Shown piece by piece: positions 8,996-19,315 of a DNA stretch of 41,874 bases; positions within the stretch are counted from its first letter, which is position 1; every line of letters starts with the position of its first letter. The position numbers and the translations under genes are program-made. The DNA is from a virus (taxonomy: Duplodnaviria > Caudoviricetes). The notes under the pieces are model-generated. The model was not told where the DNA came from. It saw only the letters and a list, made by a program, of their open reading frames with translations, and ran no database searches. The stretch is from positions 1-41,874 of the IMG/VR virus record IMGVR_UViG_3300009678_000031. One strand, given 5' to 3'.

Positions 8996-11130
8996 TTGCG
9001 TACCCCCACCGTCTTAAAGAACACGGTGGCCGAGCTGAACTCGAGCGGCACCGACGTGCTCGACCAGGAAAGTTTGATTGAGATGGCCTTGCCCACCGGA
9101 ATTGTCGCGCCATTAGCGCGCTTGAACGCCTTGTAGTCGAAGCCAGAGGCGTCGAGCGGCCACCGAGATTCATCGAAGATCGCGGCGTCCCACACCCAGG
9201 TGTCTTCCGTTATCGGCAGATCCATGTAGAACCCATCACCCGTCTTCTCGCTGTCGAACACATTGTCGATTGAGTAGTCCACGTAGATGCGCACGGGCGT
9301 GTTCACTTCGAGCTGGATCCCCAGGAAATGCTTATCCTCAAATGCGCGACCGCCGTGCATGAGCGGCGTCTTGGCATATCCGTGGATCGCGGCGTCGCCG
9401 CTTCCAACTGCCTCGCGCCCACCAACGTCCGCCTGGATTACGAGCCGGTGCGTGAGCACCATTGAAGCCGGGTCATCATCGACAAAGTAGAGCGTGTAGC
9501 CGTCAGAGGTTTCGTCATCGACGTTGACTGATGTGCTGACGCCCAAGCGGCGTGTGCCATGAACCCACGTGCGCGTCTCCCAGTTGAATGTCGAGTAATG
9601 GCGGTTGTACGCCTCATCGTTCTCGAGTGAGTAGAAGAACGTGCTCTCGCGGTGCTTCTTCGAGTAGGCACTCGCGATGAATTGCATGCGATTTCCAGGG
9701 ATCCGCCGAGCGGTCTTGCGGATCTTCTCGGCCATCAAATAGCGTGGTGGGCCGGACCCATCGAAGTACACCGGCCCATTGGCCGCCCACCACGCCAATA
9801 CCCCGCCATCGACCTCGTGCATCGACAACGGGGCCACACAGCCAATGGACCCATCCAGCATCTTTACGTTGATGAGCACCGCACCGTCGGCCTCGTCATC
9901 TCCGCCGTACACCGCCCAGCAACTATCGGGCTTGGTGATGAGCAGGAATTCATTGCGGATACTGCGAATGCCAGTCGCGTCGAAGGGCTCTCCGCGCCCG
10001 ACGTACTCCCATGAGTAGGTATCGAACACGCCCGGCTCCGGGCCGTCCACCCCAATACGCGATGCGTAGATCCTGTCGCAGTGGTGCTCGAGCGAGTAAG
10101 TGAGGCCCCCCTTGTTCTCGCTGACGTTTGGCGACATCACCCAGAGACGACCTTTGTGCCACGCGGTCACAGCGGAGTGCGGCGGCTTGAACAGCGGAAC
10201 GAACGGGATTGCATCCTGGGGTTGAACATACCCCTTATCAGAAATGAGCACGTCTCCCAGCGCCGCATTATTGAGATCGCTCACATCGACCGACCCAATC
10301 CAGAAGAAGTCGTTGTAGTCCACACGTCGATCTGCGATCACCGCCGCGGCTGTGTCTGCGGTATCCTTGAATTGGCGGTACACGTTGATGTGTCGCACGT
10401 ACGGCGGGATTGTGTTGGGTCCGAGCTTGCGGATCTCAGTGATGCCGTCGTCGCCGAATCCGATGGTGTTCGAGTAAACCTCAAGAAATTCACCCGTGGA
10501 ATTTGTAATAACCGCGCCGGTCTCACCGATGAAAACATCTCCACTAAAGCTAGACATCGTAAAACGGTATCGGTACTGCCCATCGGTCAGCCCACCACCG
10601 CCATTGACGGTGTTTCCGCCTATCCCGAGATTGCAGAACGAGTCCATCGTGATGCGGTCCAGGGTGTGTCCATTGAAGTATGCCGGTGACTCAGATGCGC
10701 CCTGAATGATCGCCACGTCGCGCCAGCGCGTAAAATTCGGCCGGCCAGTGAACCCACCGATCCGATCGAATCGCCCGTCATCCAGGTCCATCGCGAGCTT
10801 GTCCCCACTCACCATGAGTATCCGCTTCAGATCGGAGCTGCTGCGGTATCGGTACGCGCCGTACACCGGCTCGTACCACTGGATCGCGTTGGGCGGAGAC
10901 GGAATGGTCAGGTCCATACCGAGGTAGTTCTTGTCGATGTAGAACGCCTGCCCGGCCGCTCCGCGCATGATCGAGCGATCACGAATGTTCACATTCTGCG
11001 CGTCCACGAGCCACACCACGGGCTCATTGGGCTTAAGACCTGAGGCGGACTCAAACTCGTTCACACCCTGGGGAAACCCCTCGATGTGAATCATCCGCAG
11101 ATCGGGATCATTAATACTGATGTTCGGCAT
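8992..11130 (-). CDS. Tail nozzle / tubular protein B (P22 gp10- or T7 gp12-like, 712 aa)
   Basis: Size, position after the adaptor, and beta-propeller-type motifs (GVNE, DAQNV, AWHKGRLW, IGCVAPLS). Confidence 0.8.
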   Translation of the reverse strand: MPNISINDPDLRMIHIEGFPQGVNEFESASGLKPNEPVVWLVDAQNVNIRDRSIMRGAAGQAFYIDKNYLGMDLTIPSPPNAIQWYEPVYGAYRYRSSSDLKRILMVSGDKLAMDLDDGRFDRIGGFTGRPNFTRWRDVAIIQGASESPAYFNGHTLDRITMDSFCNLGIGGNTVNGGGGLTDGQYRYRFTMSSFSGDVFIGETGAVITNSTGEFLEVYSNTIGFGDDGITEIRKLGPNTIPPYVRHINVYRQFKDTADTAAAVIADRRVDYNDFFWIGSVDVSDLNNAALGDVLISDKGYVQPQDAIPFVPLFKPPHSAVTAWHKGRLWVMSPNVSENKGGLTYSLEHHCDRIYASRIGVDGPEPGVFDTYSWEYVGRGEPFDATGIRSIRNEFLLITKPDSCWAVYGGDDEADGAVLINVKMLDGSIGCVAPLSMHEVDGGVLAWWAANGPVYFDGSGPPRYLMAEKIRKTARRIPGNRMQFIASAYSKKHRESTFFYSLENDEAYNRHYSTFNWETRTWVHGTRRLGVSTSVNVDDETSDGYTLYFVDDDPASMVLTHRLVIQADVGGREAVGSGDAAIHGYAKTPLMHGGRAFEDKHFLGIQLEVNTPVRIYVDYSIDNVFDSEKTGDGFYMDLPITEDTWVWDAAIFDESRWPLDASGFDYKAFKRANGATIPVGKAISIKLSWSSTSVPLEFSSATVFFKTVGVRK

Positions 11131-11133
11131 CGC

Positions 11134-11838
11134 TTACCTGTATATGTTGATCTGCCGTTTCGGTAGATCATTGCGCTGCGAGCCCACGACTCGCATCACC
11201 TTGTCCATTTCCATCTGCCAGAGCGCACTCATTTCGTTGATGAGTCCGCGATCGCGGTGCTTCCGCGACACCATGAGTGCGGCCCACACGCACACCGCCA
11301 TGTGTGCAAAGTGCGGGAGCTCAGAGATGTGCCCATCATCGGTCATCGCGGTCGGAATCTGCGTATAGCTGATCCGGTACACGTAGCCGTCTGGCGCTGC
11401 GCGATCCGGCCACGGGTAGAACCAGATGTCGCCCGGAGGGTCGCCATCGAGCGACGTCGCGCCGAACTCAATCTTCGCGTAGAGCATCTTTCCACCGTTG
11501 TTTGTCTGCGTCGCGTGAGCGCGAAACTTTTCGTACGGGTAGATCTGCACGGGGTACCAGGTGTTCCCGTCCAGCACCTCGATCGCTCGGACCTTCAAAA
11601 AATCCTGCGGAAGTCCGTAGCGCCCTTCGCGGCGCGGATCGATCGGATCGAGCGTTGGGTCGTTATACGCAACGGTACTCTCTAGTACGTGCGTAAACAG
11701 CACGGCGGCGTTTTCCGCGACCGCGCACTGACCGAGGTTGATATGCCTGTTGATTTCAGCGTCAAGGGTGCCGTCTTCCTGGGTTTCCCCAACCAGAACG
11801 CGCACCTCTTCGCGCATCTCTCCGCGATTCATTCTCAC
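11134..11838 (-). CDS. Head-tail adaptor / tubular protein A (234 aa)
   Basis: MREEVR..GE, INRHIN, YGLPQDFLKV, IWFYPWPD and ELPHFAH motifs typical of podovirus adaptors. Confidence 0.8.
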   Translation of the reverse strand: MRMNRGEMREEVRVLVGETQEDGTLDAEINRHINLGQCAVAENAAVLFTHVLESTVAYNDPTLDPIDPRREGRYGLPQDFLKVRAIEVLDGNTWYPVQIYPYEKFRAHATQTNNGGKMLYAKIEFGATSLDGDPPGDIWFYPWPDRAAPDGYVYRISYTQIPTAMTDDGHISELPHFAHMAVCVWAALMVSRKHRDRGLINEMSALWQMEMDKVMRVVGSQRNDLPKRQINIYR

Positions 11839-14800
11839 TGGATAACCTTCTCTCGGTTCTGCGCGGAGAGGACTTCCAGTCCAGCCGCGGCCATCCGCAG
11901 TGTGTAGTTACCGCCGTATGATGTGGCGCGCGGCTCGAGCTTCAGCGAACAGCCCGCGAAATCCGCGGAGCTGACGTTGATATTGAACGACGGCGATAGC
12001 AGCGTCACGCTCGGCGATCCCGGCCAGGTGAAGAGTGGATAGTTGTACTGCGCAATCGGCACCTTGTTGGGCTGAAGGAGCTTCACAACCAGCACCGGAT
12101 TGATCGCCGCACCCGAAAACTCGCGCACACGCATGATGAATCGGATCGTGTTCACGCGGTCGTAAAAGCCCTGAAGGTCGTCGAGTGAGAACTCAAGGAC
12201 CGCGCCCGCCATGTGCGCGGCATCGTTGAACGTCGAGTAGGTGTCGTCGTTCTCATCGCGCATCTTGCTCCAGTGCTGCGCATCATTTGGGCTCGGCGTC
12301 ACGTAGAACGCGGCCAAGTCGCCATTCGGCCAGATGAATGGCTTGGGCGGCTGGATGATCTTCTCTGCCTTGACGCCGGCGTCCGCATATATTGAGCTCT
12401 TGATGAAGCTCGATCCGGCCGAGCTCGAGCCCGAGCCACCCGACTTGATGACCTTGATGACCTTCTTCGTCACCGTCGAGGCACTCCCCGGGCTCGGACC
12501 CACCATCTTGATGTTGACCGATACGCCGGTGACGCCGGCGGGGATCCGCTGAAACGTCGATCCATCCGAGCTCTCGGTCGTCCCTGGCGACGTGATCGTT
12601 CGCACGCGCACGAAGTCACTGAAGGCCACGAACGAGAACTCACCACCCGTGAAGTGGGTGGACGTCGGGTCCACAATCAAGAGCGGCGTCGCCGTGATCG
12701 TCTGCGAACCGAGCCCGGATGGCGTGAATTCCAGAACCCCCTGGCTGTTCGCGGAATACTTAACCGGGATCAGGCTCTCGGCGAGCGTGTACTTCGTGTA
12801 GCCTCCCGCCGTAATACCGGGTGATTGAGTAACGAGGTAGTACATGCCGGGCTTCAGGTTGACAATGACGTGCTGGTCGTTGTCATTGAGCTTGGTCACG
12901 TAGTAGGCCGGGATCGTCGGGGCCGACCCGTCCTGCGCGGCCGAGAAGACAAAATGCTTCCACACCGCTCCCTCTTTAATTGAAACCGCGCGATAGTTCC
13001 AATCGTCCAGATTGTAGATCGACGCGGGCGGCGACTCCGTGCTCACCATCGTCGGCGTTGTCGTCACCGTGCAGTGGAAAACCGTGGCGTGCTGGAGCCA
13101 TCCCAATCCCAGCGGGAACTTCTGCTGCTCACGCCATCCGCTCGAAAACCCGAGGTCGGTGTTCTGGATGCGCGCATAGGTCGGCACGACGTTTGAGTAC
13201 GAGGTGATGCGGAAGCGACGACGACCATTGTTGTCCACGATGCTATACGGCGCAGGCACGCCTGCGGTGTTGTTGATGTTGTGCCAGTTGAGCGTGGCGT
13301 ACCAACTGGATGTCGCGCCGAGCGCTCGCATCCGGTCGTACACAATCACATATCCGGGCAACACGTGAATGACCTCGCGATGGAAGATGTCCGCGAGCTG
13401 CACGAGATCCCCGCGCACTCCGGAAGTATTCGGCAATCCCGTCGTCCAGTACGCGGTGTTGCCCTCCGTCCGCATGTACACGTACGTCGGGTTGCCGTTG
13501 TAGAAGCGGTCCTGCGTCGGGCGTGGCGGATCCGACCCGAGAGGCGCGTCTCCGACGCGGTACTGCTGCCAACCCGTCGGATTCGCTGGATTCTCAATGT
13601 AGTAGCAGTTGTGGTTGGAGAGCGGCCACGAACCGTTCCCGAACGTGACGTTGGCTGCGTCCATGAGCTGCCAGGAGTTGAGCTTGTCGGGATCGAATGG
13701 CCCGCGGTAGATCTGGAGATCGCCGATGTCGCAGTGGCCGTGCTCCTCGAAGCGGTGGCGACCCATCAGGTTCACGCAGATCGCGTTGTCCGTCCAATCC
13801 GAGCGACTATTCGAGAATCCCGTGCCCAGCGCGCGATACGCCTTATCAATATTCCCGGCCCAGTTGGTGGCGGGTCGATCATGGCGATAGCACATGAAGT
13901 TGTAGCCATCGTACTCGCTGTCACCATTGAAATTCGTGTAGACCGTGTTAATCCAATACTGGGAATACTCGTACCAGATCCCCGGTGCAAACTCGCTCCA
14001 GAACAGAATAATCAGGCGCTGCTGCGCCTCGACGTACGCTCCGTTGGACGGCGTGGACTGATCGCCGAAGTTAATCATCTGCTTGTTGCCAGGCTGTTGA
14101 ATGTACAGCACGGTCTTGAGCGCGTTTTGCAGCGTCGGATGCGAGGCGACGTAATTCAGATTCGCGGTCTGATGGAGAAGGCACCACATCTCCGCGTTGT
14201 GCTTGAGCGACGCCATGCCATATCGCGTGCCCTCTTCCAGCATCCCACCCGGGAATTCACTGTCGAGCGTCAACATGAGTTCGCCGTCCAGCTTCGCCTT
14301 GAACCAGTCCCAGAGATTCGTGTACGTCACATTATTGAACACGAGCGAGAACTGATAGACCGTGCCAGTGTTGTACGGCCACGTCATCGTCGCCGGCTGC
14401 TCTCCATAGAGCGCAAGTGCCGCGTAGCACGCGCCGAGCATCTTAGCGTTGTAGTGGTTGTTGTAGGTACTCGAACGACCAGCGGCTTTCCAGTCCGGGT
14501 TCTTTCCCGGCCAAATCGCGCTGTACGCGCCATAGTTATACACGAGCCCAGTCGTGATGAGCAGGAGATTGCGCAGCTTCGCCTGCTCTGTCGCCGTGAT
14601 CGCCGGCGTCACGCCATCCGAGTAGAACTTCCCCGACAACCAGTCGAGGTAGATTGCCGCGCGACGCTGCGTGAAGCGCACCTCGAGTCCATCCGCCTGT
14701 CCCATTAATTCGTCCAGGCTCGAGCCCAGCATGTCGGTCATGCTGTTGCGGACCTTCGTGAGGTCGCTATCGAGCCCCGTCGTCATCCAGAGCAGAACGC

Positions 14801-16508
14801 GCTCCCATGATTCCGGGTAGTCCGGGTTCCCTGTGTCAGTTCCGCGTGAGCTTATGTTGCCGCTCACGTTCACCCACTCAGTCCACTGCGCGGCGTTCGC
14901 CGCCTTACGGCTCTGGAGATACGCCTTGCGGTCGTTTCCGTTAAACCACAGCCTGGGATGCGTGGACGGGATATTGAAACCCTGGTCCGGCGTCACCGAG
15001 TACGTAAAATTCTCGGTCGCGGTGGACGTCTCGTGGATGAGCTTGGGAAAATCCGTGCCACCCCCGTTCACTTCGTTGCCCACGCCCGAGTTCGAACCCT
15101 GGCCCGGGTTGTTCATCTTGATGTTTAAGGTGTAGAGCGTGGGGCCCCCGATCAGCGCGGGGTTCTTCGTGAGGCCGATGACGACCATCGCCGCATCCCC
15201 TACGGTCAACCCAGCGCTCTCCCCGCCCTTCGGCGTGGTCTCCTGGATGAAGTCACGCTCGAAGTTGACGAGCGGAGCCGCAAACGAGAACAATGAGTCG
15301 CGATCATTCACATTGGTCTGCGTGTTGCCGCTGCCGGTGAAATCCCCCATCGGCTCAGTGGACCAGTTGTCCTTCGTGCGCGACGCTTGCGCTCCGGTGT
15401 TCGTGCGCGCACAAACAATGTTCGACAGGATCAGCGCGTGCTCGGCTTCCTCGGTTCGGTACGGCGTGAACGGAACGGTCAGCGTCGTATTGTATCCAGG
15501 ATAGGTATTCGGAAGCGTGGTCGCGATGGAGGAACTTCCCGCTCCACTCGCGTACGCATAGAACGCCTTCGATCGGAAAACAAAAATGCGCGGCTGATTG
15601 TAGGTGCGCAAGGCACCGGCCGACCCGGACAATCCAGAAACACTCTCTTTGCCGCGAAGCGTCAGCGTGACGACCTGATTCTTGGTGTAGCTGCGCTCCT
15701 TCAGCCAGACGTACGGCCGGCGATTGTTGCTGTTCGTGAACTGGTGCTGCATGGTCTGGCCGAGAATGACTCCGTTCTCTTCCAGGCGCGCTTCCGTGAA
15801 GCCGTTCCCGCTCGTGTTTGTGCGGGCGGAGGTCATCGCGAGCACGACGTACTTGTCGGTCTCCGGTGCCGTGACCACCTTCGTGAGTAAGTCGAAGTAC
15901 CCGGGCGTGCTACCGGCCTCAAGTAACACCGATAGATTCCCATCCACATTGTCCGCGTCCGTGTTGTACGTCGGCTGTGACGCGCTCCAGTAGTCAGTGT
16001 TCTCGATCAGCGCGTTGGTCGGCAAGAGCACATCGGTCGGCAGCGGCACCGCCACGATGTTCATTCCACCCCAGTACGCGGTTCCACCTGAAATGTTATG
16101 CAGGATGAACTGTATTGGACCGCCATCAGAGACGAGATCGACGAATCCGTTGCAGGATCCTCCATCCATACTGTCGGTGCCGCCGTGGGCGGTATGCTGG
16201 GTCGCCGAGAGCTTGCGGTTGCTGACGTTCGTGCCCTGGATGCAATGCACACGAACCGAGAAGCCGGCCGTCGAGTTCCCGCCGGCGCAGTTGAAGAAAA
16301 CCAACCAGCGCGATCCAACCGGAAGATCTGACCCTGGAATGCCACACAGCGCGAGCTGTGTGTACGTGTAGTGATCTGCAAAATCCGCGGTGCTGTAGAT
16401 CCCGCTGTAGTACGCGCTCTTCACCGAAAACGATCCCGCGTGCAGCGCGGGAATCGGGTCGTAATCGTTGACTCCGCCCACATCTGAGAAATCTGCGGTA
16501 ATCGCCAT
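11835..16508 (-). CDS. Large tail/receptor-binding protein with an internal heparinase II/III-like polysaccharide lyase module (1557 aa)
   Basis: Central region (about 12720-14960) has HPRLWFN, YNNHY, EGTRYG, NFGD, SRSDW, HGHCDIG and HNC motifs of alpha/alpha-toroid plus Hepar_II_III lyases; flanked by beta-rich domains. Confidence 0.75.
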   Translation of the reverse strand: MAITADFSDVGGVNDYDPIPALHAGSFSVKSAYYSGIYSTADFADHYTYTQLALCGIPGSDLPVGSRWLVFFNCAGGNSTAGFSVRVHCIQGTNVSNRKLSATQHTAHGGTDSMDGGSCNGFVDLVSDGGPIQFILHNISGGTAYWGGMNIVAVPLPTDVLLPTNALIENTDYWSASQPTYNTDADNVDGNLSVLLEAGSTPGYFDLLTKVVTAPETDKYVVLAMTSARTNTSGNGFTEARLEENGVILGQTMQHQFTNSNNRRPYVWLKERSYTKNQVVTLTLRGKESVSGLSGSAGALRTYNQPRIFVFRSKAFYAYASGAGSSSIATTLPNTYPGYNTTLTVPFTPYRTEEAEHALILSNIVCARTNTGAQASRTKDNWSTEPMGDFTGSGNTQTNVNDRDSLFSFAAPLVNFERDFIQETTPKGGESAGLTVGDAAMVVIGLTKNPALIGGPTLYTLNIKMNNPGQGSNSGVGNEVNGGGTDFPKLIHETSTATENFTYSVTPDQGFNIPSTHPRLWFNGNDRKAYLQSRKAANAAQWTEWVNVSGNISSRGTDTGNPDYPESWERVLLWMTTGLDSDLTKVRNSMTDMLGSSLDELMGQADGLEVRFTQRRAAIYLDWLSGKFYSDGVTPAITATEQAKLRNLLLITTGLVYNYGAYSAIWPGKNPDWKAAGRSSTYNNHYNAKMLGACYAALALYGEQPATMTWPYNTGTVYQFSLVFNNVTYTNLWDWFKAKLDGELMLTLDSEFPGGMLEEGTRYGMASLKHNAEMWCLLHQTANLNYVASHPTLQNALKTVLYIQQPGNKQMINFGDQSTPSNGAYVEAQQRLIILFWSEFAPGIWYEYSQYWINTVYTNFNGDSEYDGYNFMCYRHDRPATNWAGNIDKAYRALGTGFSNSRSDWTDNAICVNLMGRHRFEEHGHCDIGDLQIYRGPFDPDKLNSWQLMDAANVTFGNGSWPLSNHNCYYIENPANPTGWQQYRVGDAPLGSDPPRPTQDRFYNGNPTYVYMRTEGNTAYWTTGLPNTSGVRGDLVQLADIFHREVIHVLPGYVIVYDRMRALGATSSWYATLNWHNINNTAGVPAPYSIVDNNGRRRFRITSYSNVVPTYARIQNTDLGFSSGWREQQKFPLGLGWLQHATVFHCTVTTTPTMVSTESPPASIYNLDDWNYRAVSIKEGAVWKHFVFSAAQDGSAPTIPAYYVTKLNDNDQHVIVNLKPGMYYLVTQSPGITAGGYTKYTLAESLIPVKYSANSQGVLEFTPSGLGSQTITATPLLIVDPTSTHFTGGEFSFVAFSDFVRVRTITSPGTTESSDGSTFQRIPAGVTGVSVNIKMVGPSPGSASTVTKKVIKVIKSGGSGSSSAGSSFIKSSIYADAGVKAEKIIQPPKPFIWPNGDLAAFYVTPSPNDAQHWSKMRDENDDTYSTFNDAAHMAGAVLEFSLDDLQGFYDRVNTIRFIMRVREFSGAAINPVLVVKLLQPNKVPIAQYNYPLFTWPGSPSVTLLSPSFNINVSSADFAGCSLKLEPRATSYGGNYTLRMAAAGLEVLSAQNREKVIQ

Positions 16509-16511
16509 GTT

Positions 16512-16973
16512 TTATCCGTCTATCGGGATGGGTGTGTCTTCGCGTTCCGATGTGGATGTGGCCTTCACGGTCAACCAGAGCTGGCGCGAGCCAGAATTCC
16601 ACAGATACCCAGAGATGTTCAGCCCGCTGATGGTGATGTTGCCAATTACCCAGTCGTTCGCTGAGTCCACGTCATACTGTCGATACGCGATCACGTTTCC
16701 ATTGAACACGATCTCAACCTTCAGAACCGGATAATTCGCGGCCGAGTTGCCGCGGAATTGAAATGGGTTCAGCTTGATGTTGCGCAGTCGATACGTTCCG
16801 ACCGCTGCCGCTGGAATCCCCAATTTCAACGTCCCACTGAACGTACCGATCGAGCGGACGTAGCTCGTGTCCTCGTCGGATGAGGCGACCGCCTCATGCG
16901 CGGTGGCCGCTCCGGTAATGGTCCACGATCCCGCGGAGACGGTCGATTCGGGATGCCAGGTGCTCGACAACAC
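16512..16973 (-). CDS. Virion structural protein (153 aa)
   Basis: RBS AGGAG with GTG start; beta-rich; lies inside the structural operon. Confidence 0.7.
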   Translation of the reverse strand: MLSSTWHPESTVSAGSWTITGAATAHEAVASSDEDTSYVRSIGTFSGTLKLGIPAAAVGTYRLRNIKLNPFQFRGNSAANYPVLKVEIVFNGNVIAYRQYDVDSANDWVIGNITISGLNISGYLWNSGSRQLWLTVKATSTSEREDTPIPIDG

Positions 16974-16985
16974 GCGAGCGCTCCT

Positions 16986-17615
16986 TTACGGGATCAACTG
17001 GGACTGATAAGTAGCCAGCAACTGGTCGCCGTTCGCGAGCACGACCGGCGAGCTGCCGAACAGCGCGTGGCAGTAGCCCTGGCCGGATCCGCTCGCCACG
17101 TTGTTGCGCACCATCGCCTCGTTGATCGTGGCAGCGCCGCCCGTCGAGTTGGTGAAGGTGTTAGACAGCTCGTACGTGTCGTAGAACCCGGGCGCAGCCG
17201 CGCCCTGGCGCTTCGCCGCGGACGCGGAGGCGTCAAACGCTGCCAGCCCCGTTCCGGTGTGGGCGGTGATACAGTTGTTGCGCGTGCGGTCAAACGGCTG
17301 TGCAGTCAGGTGGCCGCCGCCCAACTGGATGACGGTCGGGCGCGTGAGCGCCGTGTTGACCAGATAGTTCGTCAGGATGGACGTTCCGCCATCAACCAAC
17401 CGATTGTACTTGAGCGCGAACCCCTTCTCCGAGCATCCCATCTCCCGCCAGAAATCCACGATCTCCGCGTGCGTGTGGCGGTGGATCCAGCCCCAGAGCC
17501 GGCCCCACTCGGCCGTCGAATACTGCGCGATCTTCGAATTCAACGGCGCGGTGAGCGTCGAGAAGGAAAAGCGCCCCTCGGTGCTCGCGGCCTCTTTAAT
17601 CAATTCGTGTTCCAT
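16986..17615 (-). CDS. Virion structural/tail protein (209 aa)
   Basis: RBS GGAGG; NRLVDGG, TINEA and VLANGDQL..TYQ motifs resemble phage tail-fibre collar/attachment domains. Confidence 0.7.
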   Translation of the reverse strand: MEHELIKEAASTEGRFSFSTLTAPLNSKIAQYSTAEWGRLWGWIHRHTHAEIVDFWREMGCSEKGFALKYNRLVDGGTSILTNYLVNTALTRPTVIQLGGGHLTAQPFDRTRNNCITAHTGTGLAAFDASASAAKRQGAAAPGFYDTYELSNTFTNSTGGAATINEAMVRNNVASGSGQGYCHALFGSSPVVLANGDQLLATYQSQLIP

Positions 17616-17626
17616 TTTTCCTCCAG

Positions 17627-19312
17627 TTAGACGCCGCCGCGGATCGCGAGCAGCATGTTGAGCGCATCTTGGATGGTATAGCGCTCTCCGGTCTCTCCGA
17701 TGAGCCGATTTGCCGCACCCTTGATTGAGTAGCTAACACCTGACGATCCGGCGAGCTCGTTCAGTACACCCTGGATCGTCAATCTCGTCGGCATTGTTGA
17801 TGCAGAGTATGTATTCGATCCATCCGGCATCGTGTGTGGAAATAGCGCTTCAAACTCGTCCTGATTCTTCGCCACACCATCTACCTGCGAAAACACCGGA
17901 GTTCCATAAATAGAGTTGTTTTCGAAATTACTAGAGTACGCCGAACTTTCCGCTCCGGCATTAGTGAGCGCGGCCGTCAAGACGGAATACGCCATTCCGC
18001 AGTCGATGATCGTACAGTCGGTAAAATTGTTTTTCAGATTGCGAATCGCCCAACCATTGAATGTGCCCCCGGGGGATGACCCCGGATTTGCGTCGTCACG
18101 GTAATTGAATGCGATTGGACAATTTTTAATCAGCACGTTCCTTCCGGTGCAATAGGCCGTCGTCGAGAACGTCATACCACTTCCAGAGGCATTTCGAATG
18201 GTATCGATGATCCCATCCGATACCAAGCAGTGCTGCACTTCATCTGGAATTGGCAACCCGTGGGTGTTGCAGTTGTAGATATAAAACCCAACTAAGCTGC
18301 AATACTGTGTGTCGTTCTCGTACTCAAACCCGTACGACGCATTATTTCGGATGTTGATGTTCGAACAATGCACGTTACGGGTGATGTGCAGATTGTCTGG
18401 GTCTGAGTTACCGATGTGAACCCCGGGCTGCGCAACCCCACTCTCGTGCCTTGTTCCCGCCGTCAGCGCTCCACCATCCCACCCGTTATCCAAAAACACG
18501 CCATCGACGCTGAAGTCATAGTTGCCGTTGACGAGCGACTCGATGCGCACCGCTCCGCCCCATATATTCGTCGCCTGGATACCACGTATGTTGGCGTCGC
18601 GCAAATCTGAAATGAAAATCGGGGTGCCGGCATACCCGTTGTTCAGTCTCACATCGATACCGTCGATCGTGAGGTCGAGGTTCGATGCGGGGCACGCGAA
18701 GTCGATAAGTTTTGGTGTGTACGCAGCACTTTGCGGAACATGCGCGACACCGCCGAATGTGGCTGTGGTCACGATGTCCTTGAATGTGATTCCAGTTCCG
18801 ATCGTAGAGCCGGTATATCCGAGCTTGAATAGTGGCGAGGCTTGTCCGACGCTTCCACCGCCTGTCCACACATAGGTGCCGTCCATCTTGATGTTCTCGA
18901 ACGTCCAGTCCTTGTACATCAAGCCGCCGCCAGAGGATGCATCGCGCATGTATGCGCCACTCGCGGCCGGCACGTTCTTGAACGTCATGTTCTTGATCGT
19001 CACACCAGAGAATGTGCCGCCGTAAATTGCGGTGTTCGATCCGCATCCTGCGAAATCAATAATCACGGTGTCGCGATCCACGCCTTCTAGCACCAGCGTT
19101 CCCGGGGGGCCGGTCACGGCCGCGAAGTTACCGAGTCCGTTGTGATCCAACAGGAAGCCAGCCCCAGTAAACGTGTAAGTCCCCGCGGGAAAAAGAAACC
19201 GATCCCCCGCTGTCGCGTCATTGAGCGATGATCCGGTCCCGCTCCCCATTGTCGCGAGTGCCGTGCTAATCCGGTCAATTCCGGTCCCAAATGGGACGTT
19301 GATCGTCGGCAT
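17627..19312 (-). CDS. Right-handed parallel beta-helix protein (tailspike/depolymerase-like, 561 aa)
   Basis: AGDRFLFPAGTY and LEGVDRDTVIID N-cap, repeated I/V-x-N/D-x-x-I rungs, Asn/Gly/Thr-rich. Confidence 0.78.
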   Translation of the reverse strand: MPTINVPFGTGIDRISTALATMGSGTGSSLNDATAGDRFLFPAGTYTFTGAGFLLDHNGLGNFAAVTGPPGTLVLEGVDRDTVIIDFAGCGSNTAIYGGTFSGVTIKNMTFKNVPAASGAYMRDASSGGGLMYKDWTFENIKMDGTYVWTGGGSVGQASPLFKLGYTGSTIGTGITFKDIVTTATFGGVAHVPQSAAYTPKLIDFACPASNLDLTIDGIDVRLNNGYAGTPIFISDLRDANIRGIQATNIWGGAVRIESLVNGNYDFSVDGVFLDNGWDGGALTAGTRHESGVAQPGVHIGNSDPDNLHITRNVHCSNINIRNNASYGFEYENDTQYCSLVGFYIYNCNTHGLPIPDEVQHCLVSDGIIDTIRNASGSGMTFSTTAYCTGRNVLIKNCPIAFNYRDDANPGSSPGGTFNGWAIRNLKNNFTDCTIIDCGMAYSVLTAALTNAGAESSAYSSNFENNSIYGTPVFSQVDGVAKNQDEFEALFPHTMPDGSNTYSASTMPTRLTIQGVLNELAGSSGVSYSIKGAANRLIGETGERYTIQDALNMLLAIRGGV

Positions 19313-19315
19313 CTT

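Noticed and set aside
13281-14708. Long plus-strand ORFs antisense to structural genes (also 4947-5945, 16896-17630, 30904-31839 and minus-strand 39855-40790)
   Set aside because: Shadow ORFs expected in GC-rich coding DNA; no RBS, skewed composition, and they overlap well-supported genes on the other strand.
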